A stretch of DNA of 64,000 bases from a virus, in IMG/VR virus record IMGVR_UViG_3300042863_000147, positions 25,267 to 89,266 of that record; one strand, written 5' to 3'. The position numbers and the translations under genes were made by a program. This document shows, one piece after another, positions 1 through 7,560 of the stretch; within the stretch, counting starts at the first letter, position 1, and each line of letters starts with the position of its first letter. A model generated the notes under the pieces. It was not told the DNA's origin. It did no database searches and saw only the letters and a program-made list of their open reading frames with translations.

Positions 1-140
1 ACGTCAGCTTCTGCTTCTTCAGCAATTAAATTCTCATAGATATCTCTTGACTTCTCAACAACGATTTCATGGAATAGCTCGTTAGCTTTATCCATTTCTT
101 CATTGACGATTAAGTCTAATAGTTGTTCAAACTTAGACAT
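1..140 (-). CDS. Partial acidic helical protein, probable prohead core/scaffold (runs off window)
   Basis: Read manually: ATG at 140, MSKFEQLLDLIVNEEMDKANELFHEIVVEKSRDIYENLIAEEAEAD; AGGAG RBS and TAAATA (185-190) upstream; lies downstream of portal. Confidence 0.55.
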   Translation of the reverse strand, partial: MSKFEQLLDLIVNEEMDKANELFHEIVVEKSRDIYENLIAEEAEAD

Positions 141-316
141 GCGGTTATCTCCTATATTAGTTTAGCGGCAAGGCTTTGTGTTGTTATTTACATGAGATTG
201 TAGATAGGCATACGAAATAGGCCTAAAATAGGCTATTTCGAACAAAATCAGAAAGATTTTTTGCAAATGTGTTAAAAATATTTAAACTTTTTATAATAAA
301 TTTAAATTATGAGTTA

Positions 317-562
317 TTATACTGCTGCGGCATCAGGGGGAGGAGCAGCGTACATTTTTCGAACTAATGCCAATTCTTCTTTTTGTTCTAACTCTCGTGC
401 ATCACCTGCTTTGCGCAAATCATTTAACATTCGGAGAGTTAATCGAGTTTTTCTAGTGTCGCCAGATTTTAAAACGCTAGTATCATTGTGCGAGTTATAT
501 CGATTGTCGTCAGCCATTTCAGCTTGATTCTTATCAAAATAAATAAATTCTCTTAAAAACAT
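317..562 (-). CDS. Small head-module protein (81 aa)
   Basis: Follows portal stop; basic/helical; TAAATA 5 nt upstream. Confidence 0.7.
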   Translation of the reverse strand: MFLREFIYFDKNQAEMADDNRYNSHNDTSVLKSGDTRKTRLTLRMLNDLRKAGDARELEQKEELALVRKMYAAPPPDAAAV

Positions 563-570
563 AGTAGTAT

Positions 571-2286
571 TTATGCTGGAGGCGGAGTTGCGCTTGGTTG
601 TGCTTCAGCACTACCTTCTTCACCCGGTAACGGTGCAGAAGTTGCACCCGATATTGCACTAAGGTCTGCTCCCATTCCGTTTGCTGTAATACCTACACTG
701 CGTAGTTCAGCAGTAGCAGGCAGCTCAGTATCGGCATCTATATTTTCTTCTTTCCACATATTTTCGTTTTCTGCCATTTCTTCTGCTGTTAAGCCTAAGA
801 AACGTTTCAATGCAAATCGCTTACTTAAATGAGGAATTGCAGCAACTGCGCCGTATGTTCCTACTCTTGCAGTGTCCATTTCAGTCTGACGATATGCTGC
901 AAAGTTCTGCGGAGGATTAAATTTAACATCGAAAATATTGCTATCAACGTTAATGCCTTTATTGTGTAGATACAATTTAAATTCTGTATCAAAGTGCTCA
1001 TTCATTAGACTTTGTAGTCGCTCGCAGTATTTGTTGAATCGCAATTCTTGGATGTAGGCTGTTCCAACTCGACCATCATTGAAGCTAGATCCTCCGTCGT
1101 CAGCGCCGGTCGGAAGATAACTGCTAGGTATGCGTAAAGCCCTAAACAACTTATTAGTAAAATATCTAAGATCATCAATTTCTCCTAGGTTAGTACCGCC
1201 TGGTAAGACTTCAACTTTACTGCCACGGCCTTCTGCTGTTTGTGGAAAAAAGTAATCTTCATTGATGCTTAACGGATTGTATCCAGCATCGATTACTGTT
1301 TGACCACCGCCCGTTACACTTGGAATACGGCGTTGATTAACTTCGTTTTTAACACGTTCGACAAAACCCATTGCCAAGTGACTTGGCATGTTACCTACGT
1401 CAATATAGAATACACGACGTTCTGGCGCACGTTGAATACGATAGATAATGATAGCATCTTCTAGCAATTCTTTTTGCTTATATACTTTAAAGATAGACTC
1501 TAATAAACTAGTTCCGAACGGAAAATTATTGTCTAATCCTTCACTTAGGCTAATATGAATAACGTGTCTTGCATCGATATTGTATTGATTTTCTGTTTTA
1601 GAAAATCTATTTCCGTTTAAATTTGTAGGAAATGCGCCAGTCATTCCTCTTGATCCGCCTGCACCGCCTTGGCCAGCAGCGTAACTACTGGCATATTGAC
1701 TTCCGCCACCTGTAACATTACTAGGACTAATAGCAGTAGTTGCAAGTGTTTCTAAATTAGGATTAAAATCACGAATGACATATTGCTCAGGTTTCTTTCC
1801 TTCGCTTTCATTAACAATAATTCTATCAACTTTTTGCGGATCTACGTACATCCATGATTGTGTTTCGGGGTCACGAACGAAAAATACGTCACCATATTTG
1901 AATACATTGCGTACAACTTTGAAAATTCGTTTGTCAAATTTATTAAGTTTAGTCCATTGTTGCATGAACTTTTTAATAATTTTTACTTCGGTAGAAGTTG
2001 CTTGTTCTTTAAAAAATATCCGAAACGGGGTCCCATTTTCGTCATTAGTCTGACTGCAAAATTCAGCCAATATGTCAAGTGCGGCATTTACTTCACTGTC
2101 TGCATCCATAGTGTCGTACTGCCCGTAACGTTCTAATCGGTTAGGATGACCTGAATAGACATCTGGAAGGTAACTAGAATAATTTCGATGTGTGGGATTA
2201 GCTCGGCTATCTGCATTAACAGACCCGCTTACAGGACTTAATTGTCCTGAAGTATCAACTAAAGTGAAGTATTTTTTCCATGCCAT
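571..2286 (-). CDS. gp20: Portal vertex protein, T4 gp20-like
   Basis: LEDAIIIYRIQRAPERRVFYIDVGNMP, EDYFFP, GSKVEVLPGG, YFTNKLFRALRIPSS motifs. Confidence 0.95.
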   Translation of the reverse strand: MAWKKYFTLVDTSGQLSPVSGSVNADSRANPTHRNYSSYLPDVYSGHPNRLERYGQYDTMDADSEVNAALDILAEFCSQTNDENGTPFRIFFKEQATSTEVKIIKKFMQQWTKLNKFDKRIFKVVRNVFKYGDVFFVRDPETQSWMYVDPQKVDRIIVNESEGKKPEQYVIRDFNPNLETLATTAISPSNVTGGGSQYASSYAAGQGGAGGSRGMTGAFPTNLNGNRFSKTENQYNIDARHVIHISLSEGLDNNFPFGTSLLESIFKVYKQKELLEDAIIIYRIQRAPERRVFYIDVGNMPSHLAMGFVERVKNEVNQRRIPSVTGGGQTVIDAGYNPLSINEDYFFPQTAEGRGSKVEVLPGGTNLGEIDDLRYFTNKLFRALRIPSSYLPTGADDGGSSFNDGRVGTAYIQELRFNKYCERLQSLMNEHFDTEFKLYLHNKGINVDSNIFDVKFNPPQNFAAYRQTEMDTARVGTYGAVAAIPHLSKRFALKRFLGLTAEEMAENENMWKEENIDADTELPATAELRSVGITANGMGADLSAISGATSAPLPGEEGSAEAQPSATPPPA

Positions 2287-2289
2287 AAT

Positions 2290-4410
2290 TTAAAATTTGA
2301 ATAAGTCCCCGCTCAAAGATCTTGTAGCATCGTAGTTTCTTCTACTAAACTCTGCTGTCTCTTTCAAGTACGTTATTACATCCGCTGTTTGTTTATTTAA
2401 TGTCTGTAGCTCAGTCTTTAAACTTTCTAAATGATACAATGGTATAATAGCTTCAGATCCTGCTTCACCTGCTTCGACTATTGTTGGTTGTGTAACAACG
2501 CCGCCACTGGCCATCTTTTGCGGGCCCGCAATTGCTTCACCGCCCATTCTTCCGGCAGTTCCTCCACCGTAGCCACCAATTAAGCCACCAATTAACGCAC
2601 CAATTGGTCCAAACATTGCTCCAGCTGCTGCACCTGCAACTGCACCGGCTAGTCCGCCTGCGGTTTCTCCAACTGCGCCGCCTCTCTGTTTTGATGCTTC
2701 TTCTTTAGATATAGATCCTGCTTTTTCTTGTTCAGATACATTGCTTAATTCACCAGCTAACATTAGTCCGCCTAGTACAGTACCTGCAAGTCCTAGCTTT
2801 TTAACAAGACTACCTGCTCCTTTTCTGCCCCCGCCACCGCCTGCTCCTCCGGCAGCATCTTTTAGAGCTTCAGCTGTCTTGGCAGCGGTAAATTGCTTAA
2901 TAGCAAGGACGGCTGCACCTAATGCAATTGCTAATCCACCAAATCCAAAAGTTAATGTATCAAATCCTTTAACTACTTTAGACAGTGCTGTTGCTAACCC
3001 ATTAACAACAGGAGTTAATAATGATACAATAGGACCGAGTAAATTGTTAATTGCTTGTCCAAATTCTTGCATTGATTTTTGAGAAGCTACTGCTCGGGCA
3101 GCTTCGCTTGCTGCAAGTTCTTTCTTCTTTGCTTCAGTATCTAATGCTCTAGCATATGATTCATCGTCTTGCTTTGCAGATCTGTTGGCTCGACCTTGGC
3201 TTTCCTGAATTTGTTTTGCAGTCTCACTGCCCATTGCACCCATAGCGTATTGCATTGCTAACGGGAATTTCTTGACATCTTGCTCGTTTGCTCGTATTCC
3301 TTTTACTAACTCTTTATTTTGATCTTGTACTGTCTTTGTACTATCTGTAACGTTCTTTGCAGATCGCATCACAGACTCGTTAGTCTTTCCCATAGTAGCA
3401 GTAAATGCTTGAGCTTCTTTTGTTATAGGAGGAACGCCCATAACTTTAGATTGGAAAGCATCTGCTGCACCTTTACCGCCCACTGCTAATGCATTTGCTA
3501 GGCCCGCAATTGCTTTTTTCTTTTCTTCCTCACTCATGCCTGCTAGTTTAGCTTCCCATGCAGAGTTCTTGGCTTTTTCTTTTAATTCGTTTTCAGCTTC
3601 TGTTCTACTTTTTCCAGTTATTTCAGCTAGCATATCTAACTGAGTTAAGTATTCTCCAGAACTTTTAATAATTGCAGCTGAATTTTGTAGCTCTGCTTTA
3701 CTGCGACCACCAGTCATCGAAATGTAGTTTGCCATTCCTTGATTGACTTGTTCGGTAGTATAACCCAAGTTTCGCAGATCATTACCTAACTGACTCTTGT
3801 TTAACGTATTAGACAATGCTACAAATGCCTTAGCTCCGTCATTTGTAGTACCACCCATTCTTGCAAATGTATCACTATTAGTCTTCATTAGATTTTGAAA
3901 TTGATCTAATGTCAAATAAGTGTTAAGTGCTGCTTGACGCATCTGAGTCAAACTTCCGCCAAAATTTACTCCTGCAGAAGTAATATCCTGATACATTGAC
4001 AAGTTCTTTTCTTGGAACTCAGCAAGGCGTCTTAGACCGGTAGCTACTACACCTAATATTCCAGGCAGCTGTTCAAATGCACTAAAAACGTTGCTTACTT
4101 GTGCAGTACCGTCTGTTAAACTTTTAATCAGCGGGCTAATACTACCATCTAGTACTCTGATCTTAATTGCAGTTTCTGTACCAGCTGTTGCTAACTTACT
4201 GAATACACTAGTCGATTGCTTTACATTTGTATTCATTGCAGCAACTGCCGCTGGATCTAACCCGGCCTTAGTTGCTAATTCTTTGATTGCATCTTTTTGT
4301 GCTTTAGTAGTTGATAACGTAGCCTGGAGAATTAACCGTAAGGTTGCTTCTGTAGCTGCGTTGTTTAACTCTACATAGTCATTACCAATCGATCCGGTGA
4401 CGTCTGCCAT
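2290..4410 (-). CDS. Tape-measure-like protein
   Basis: Ala-rich helical ~706 aa, hydrophobic segments and C-terminal glycine zipper; likely start MADVTGS at 4410. Confidence 0.6.
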   Translation of the reverse strand: MADVTGSIGNDYVELNNAATEATLRLILQATLSTTKAQKDAIKELATKAGLDPAAVAAMNTNVKQSTSVFSKLATAGTETAIKIRVLDGSISPLIKSLTDGTAQVSNVFSAFEQLPGILGVVATGLRRLAEFQEKNLSMYQDITSAGVNFGGSLTQMRQAALNTYLTLDQFQNLMKTNSDTFARMGGTTNDGAKAFVALSNTLNKSQLGNDLRNLGYTTEQVNQGMANYISMTGGRSKAELQNSAAIIKSSGEYLTQLDMLAEITGKSRTEAENELKEKAKNSAWEAKLAGMSEEEKKKAIAGLANALAVGGKGAADAFQSKVMGVPPITKEAQAFTATMGKTNESVMRSAKNVTDSTKTVQDQNKELVKGIRANEQDVKKFPLAMQYAMGAMGSETAKQIQESQGRANRSAKQDDESYARALDTEAKKKELAASEAARAVASQKSMQEFGQAINNLLGPIVSLLTPVVNGLATALSKVVKGFDTLTFGFGGLAIALGAAVLAIKQFTAAKTAEALKDAAGGAGGGGGRKGAGSLVKKLGLAGTVLGGLMLAGELSNVSEQEKAGSISKEEASKQRGGAVGETAGGLAGAVAGAAAGAMFGPIGALIGGLIGGYGGGTAGRMGGEAIAGPQKMASGGVVTQPTIVEAGEAGSEAIIPLYHLESLKTELQTLNKQTADVITYLKETAEFSRRNYDATRSLSGDLFKF

Positions 4411-4481
4411 TGTATATTCGGGGTTATCTGCGTAGATAAATAAGTCATCTATTCCACAATGTTTATTTATCGGAGACACAA

Positions 4482-5354
4482 ATGGTTCCTTCTACACCGT
4501 CAAATCAATCAAATCCACTTGTTGGATTTATGCGCCAGCCAAAAATTTATATTCGGTTGCCTAGCGGCGGAGAGTTTTGGCCAGCTGGTAGCATAGTGCC
4601 GTCTGAGACTGGTGATATTCCAGTTTATTCAATGACTGCCAAAGACGAACTAATGTTAAAAATTCCAGACGCTGTGATGAGCGGACAGGCAGTAGTAGAT
4701 GTTATACAACATTGCATCCCAAATATTAAAAACGCTTGGGACATTCCTAGTATCGACCTGGATGTTATCCTAATCGCTATTCGATTAGCAACCTACGGTG
4801 AAAAAATGACAACTCCTATTACATTCGGAGAAGATCTCGAAATGGAATACACCGTTGATCTACGACAAGTAATGGATACTCTAATGTATCAAATTAAATG
4901 GGATCCAGTAGTACCTATTAATGAAGATTTAACTGTATTCGTTCAACCGATGAATTATAAACAACTTAGTGAAAGTGCTGTTAAAACATTTGAGACTCAG
5001 AAAATTTTACAAATTGCCAATGATTCAGCAATGAGTGAAAATGATAAAGTTGCAGCATTTAAGGAAAGTTTTACAAAATTAACAGATGTTACAATAGGTA
5101 TTGTTGAAAAAAGTATCTACAAAATTGACAGCGCCAACGGCAGCACTGATAACCCACGACATATTAAGGAATTTATCGAGAACGCCGATAAGGATCTCTT
5201 TAATATTATTCAATCACACATTGATTCTCTCAAAGAAAACAATTCATTAAAACCAATAACTATAACCGTTACAGATGAAATGAGAGAAAAGGGTATCACT
5301 GGAGATACCGTTGATGTACCGCTAGTGTTTGATCCTTCAACTTTTTTCGTATAA
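4482..5354 (+). CDS. gp26: Baseplate hub assembly / tail chaperone, gp26-like
   Basis: PKIYIRLPS, VYSMTAKDEL, IDLDVILIAIRLATYGE; GGAG RBS. Confidence 0.75.
   Translation: MVPSTPSNQSNPLVGFMRQPKIYIRLPSGGEFWPAGSIVPSETGDIPVYSMTAKDELMLKIPDAVMSGQAVVDVIQHCIPNIKNAWDIPSIDLDVILIAIRLATYGEKMTTPITFGEDLEMEYTVDLRQVMDTLMYQIKWDPVVPINEDLTVFVQPMNYKQLSESAVKTFETQKILQIANDSAMSENDKVAAFKESFTKLTDVTIGIVEKSIYKIDSANGSTDNPRHIKEFIENADKDLFNIIQSHIDSLKENNSLKPITITVTDEMREKGITGDTVDVPLVFDPSTFFV
5342..5348 (+). promoter_or_regulatory. Putative -1 ribosomal frameshift heptamer T TTT TTC
   Basis: In-phase X XXY YYZ one codon before the stop of 4482..5354; -1 frame open into 5360..5578. Confidence 0.6.
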
Positions 5355-5359
5355 GGCTT

Positions 5360-5578
5360 TTGTATCTTGATACTGACGGTATCAACAAGCTAGTAACTGA
5401 GTACGAAGTCGATACAAAAGCCTTAAGAGAAGAATTGTTTAAATTTAGTTGGTATATGAGAGGTGGTCTATCATTCTCAGAAGCATTTTTACTCACTCCA
5501 GAAGACCGAGACTTGTTGAATAAGATTATTGAAAGTAACTTAGAGATAACAAAAGAATCTCAATTACCGTTCTTTTAA
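5360..5578 (+). CDS. gp51-like small chaperone, possibly a frameshift extension of the upstream ORF
   Basis: LFKFSWYMRGGLSFSEAFLLTPEDR; only a TTG start with a poorly spaced RBS. Confidence 0.6.
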   Translation: MYLDTDGINKLVTEYEVDTKALREELFKFSWYMRGGLSFSEAFLLTPEDRDLLNKIIESNLEITKESQLPFF

Positions 5579-6114
5579 ATTTCTATTCCTAAGAAATTAC
5601 TCTGTAATCCTACTTTAGTTTCTTTGATTGCACCTAATTTTTGCAGACCGTATGCAACAACTTGGGGTCTACGATCTCCACGAACTGCGTTGATGGTAGC
5701 TACTGCCTTATCAATTGCCTGACGACCTGCTGGAATCCCTAACCTGCCTTCGGGTGCAGCAGGAGCAGTAGCAGGTGTAGTGCCTGTTGGGGGAGTAACA
5801 GGAGCAGTAGCAGGTGTAGTGCCTGTTGGGGGAGTAACAGGAGCAGTAGCAGGTGTAGTGCCTGTTGGGGGAGTAACAGGAGCAGTAGCAGGTGTAGGTT
5901 GTGGTGCTTTATATCCGCCTGCTCTTTGAACATTCCGTTGTGCAACATTGGCAACTCTACCTGCTTGCTGATTATATACATCTTTAGCACCTGCCCATGC
6001 GCCTTTAGCACCTCCAACAACATTTGCAGCACCTTTTGCTGCTGAACCTAGAGCCCCGGCTAGGCTTAACTCATCTATTTGTTGAGATTCAACGATTAAT
6101 TCATTTATACGCAT
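5575..6114 (-). CDS. Late protein with Pro/Thr repeat linker, possible head-internal protein
   Basis: MRINELIVES N-terminus, TPATAPVTPPTGT repeats, perfect TATAAATA upstream. Confidence 0.7.
   Translation of the reverse strand: MRINELIVESQQIDELSLAGALGSAAKGAANVVGGAKGAWAGAKDVYNQQAGRVANVAQRNVQRAGGYKAPQPTPATAPVTPPTGTTPATAPVTPPTGTTPATAPVTPPTGTTPATAPAAPEGRLGIPAGRQAIDKAVATINAVRGDRRPQVVAYGLQKLGAIKETKVGLQSNFLGIEI
5760..5897. repeat. Perfect 39-bp coding tandem repeat, ~3.5 copies
   Basis: aggagcagtagcaggtgtagtgcctgttgggggagtaac at 5761, 5800, 5839, partial at 5878. Confidence 0.95.
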
Positions 6115-6142
6115 AACAGGAAAGTCCTAAAAGTATTTCTTT

Positions 6143-6150
6143 TATTTATA
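6143..6150 (-). promoter_or_regulatory. T4-type late promoter TATAAATA
   Basis: Exact consensus ~30 nt upstream of the ATG at 6114; gp55-like sigma in window. Confidence 0.75.
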
Positions 6151-6629
6151 ATGAGCTGACGCTCATTTGCTTCTTCGTAATCGCTAACGCTCTTACTTGA
6201 AGCAATGTTTCGTCAAAGACGAGAATAATATTATCTAGATTAATCGGTCACACTTAGCCCAGACTAGGGCTAAGAAAAAACTGCATTATCTGAGTAGCAC
6301 AGTCACATAGTGTTAGAACTACAAGCATTTCTGCTAGCGTAGGCGGTTGACCGATACCTACTCATTCTGTCTTAACAACGGCGGCTTACAAATATACACT
6401 ATCATATTTGTAAAGCGTGGAGTTTCTGTTATTACTCCATCCTTGGGCCTATTTTTTAACTCTATTCAAACAATCAAACCGCAGGCATTTTGCGATCGTG
6501 GTCCGGTTAGGATACTGATTGAGTGCTCACTTCAGCGGTGAGTCTTCGGATCCCTGCGATGTTAGTCCAGGTTTCTACTGTTCGGCACACGATATTAGCC
6601 TGTGCGAGCTTTAACTGAATTAAGTTGCC
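6150..6629 (-). ncRNA. Putative large structured ncRNA (~480 nt), family unknown
   Basis: No credible ORF; at least 8 hairpins, long-range helices, GAAA tetraloop on minus strand; starts right after the GIY-YIG stop. Confidence 0.65.
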
Positions 6630-7061
6630 TTAAAGTTTGGATTTAATGTGTGAGCCATGTACACGGACTTGTATGTGTCCGTTATAGTATTCATCGGATT
6701 CTAATACTTTGCGGTCGAATTGTTCGCGGGCCTCAACGTAAGATGTTTCTGCTTTAGATTTACAGTAATATAATATTTCGCGGGAGAAGTTTTCTTTGCC
6801 TAGGGTGTCTATGTCTTTTGTCAGCTCAACACTGGAGCCGTAATATTCTTGCCAGTCGCTATCTATTTTGCTTCTGATCTTCTTTTTCTTTTTTGTGCCG
6901 TTCTTTAACTTTACAGTCTTGTAGGTCGTTTTACTAAATTTTGCTAATTTTTTGCCAATATACTTGCGACCCGAGACTGTATTGGTAATGCAATATACAA
7001 AACCAATACAGTCATCGGGTAGCTCTTCAACTACTGAACCTTGATAAGTCCAGTTAGTCAA
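6630..7061 (-). CDS. GIY-YIG family endonuclease-like protein
   Basis: GFVYCITNTVSGRKYIGKK, YYGSS, E in YVEAREQF and N in YYNG; TTG start abuts the upstream stop. Confidence 0.85.
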   Translation of the reverse strand: MTNWTYQGSVVEELPDDCIGFVYCITNTVSGRKYIGKKLAKFSKTTYKTVKLKNGTKKKKKIRSKIDSDWQEYYGSSVELTKDIDTLGKENFSREILYYCKSKAETSYVEAREQFDRKVLESDEYYNGHIQVRVHGSHIKSKL

Positions 7062-7259
7062 TTATTTTGCTGCCTTGGCTTCTTTGCGAGCGTTCTTTTC
7101 TGCTGTAATTTCATTGCGTCTTGCTTTTACTAGCTTACTTAACTCTCCAAGAGCCTTGCGACTGCGAGTTCCGGCTGCACTATTGCCGCCCGTAAATTTT
7201 GCATCCTCTGCTAGAAATTCTGCAAATTGTGCTTGTAATTGTTCATTGGTTGTTGTCAT
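7062..7259 (-). CDS. Histone H1-like Hc1-family basic protein (65 aa)
   Basis: KFTGGNSAAGTRSRKALGELSKLVKARR resembles Hc1 GNKAAAxRxR; start at 7259 after AAGGA. Confidence 0.7.
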   Translation of the reverse strand: MTTTNEQLQAQFAEFLAEDAKFTGGNSAAGTRSRKALGELSKLVKARRNEITAEKNARKEAKAAK

Positions 7260-7560
7260 TTTTATTTCCTTTTGGTTTCGGTCCCCGTTTTTTAGGGATT
7301 GCTTTGAGTCTTGCTTTCTCTGCCTTTGCATTTTTTAGCTCTGCTCTTTTATTTTCCATACTTTCTTTGCAAACTTTTTGTCCCTGACGTTTCATCTCGT
7401 TTGCAATGTTAGCAATGGCTCTTAGGTGCCTCCTAGTATCCCAGCCTGAATCTCTGCCTACATATTTGATAAATTTCAAATGTGTATTATGCAGTCCCAC
7501 AAGCTCAGCTACTAGCTGTGAATACAGTTCCTTATATTTGTTTATCTCTTCATTCGACAT
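7243..7560 (-). CDS. Basic helical protein, possible divergent Hc1 paralog
   Basis: KF..G.D.G.DTRRHLRAI aligns loosely with the neighbour; Lys-rich tail. Confidence 0.5.
   Translation of the reverse strand: MSNEEINKYKELYSQLVAELVGLHNTHLKFIKYVGRDSGWDTRRHLRAIANIANEMKRQGQKVCKESMENKRAELKNAKAEKARLKAIPKKRGPKPKGNKNDNNQ

Noticed and set aside
5760-5897. CRISPR-like repeat
   Set aside because: No spacers; in-frame 13-aa coding tandem repeat
5739-6032. Leu-rich alternate-frame ORF
   Set aside because: Artefact of the 39-bp repeat read in another frame
6230-6307. CRISPR or TIGR array
   Set aside because: Only two boxes; no cas or Nop-domain gene in the window
6347-6541. 64-aa plus-strand ORF
   Set aside because: TTG start, no protein features, lies across RNA helices
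6150-6629. Group I intron, tmRNA, RNase P or tRNA identity for the structured region
   Set aside because: P3/P7-like pairings are only suggestive, there is no P8 and no interrupted host gene; no tmRNA ends, RNase P consensus or cloverleaf visible
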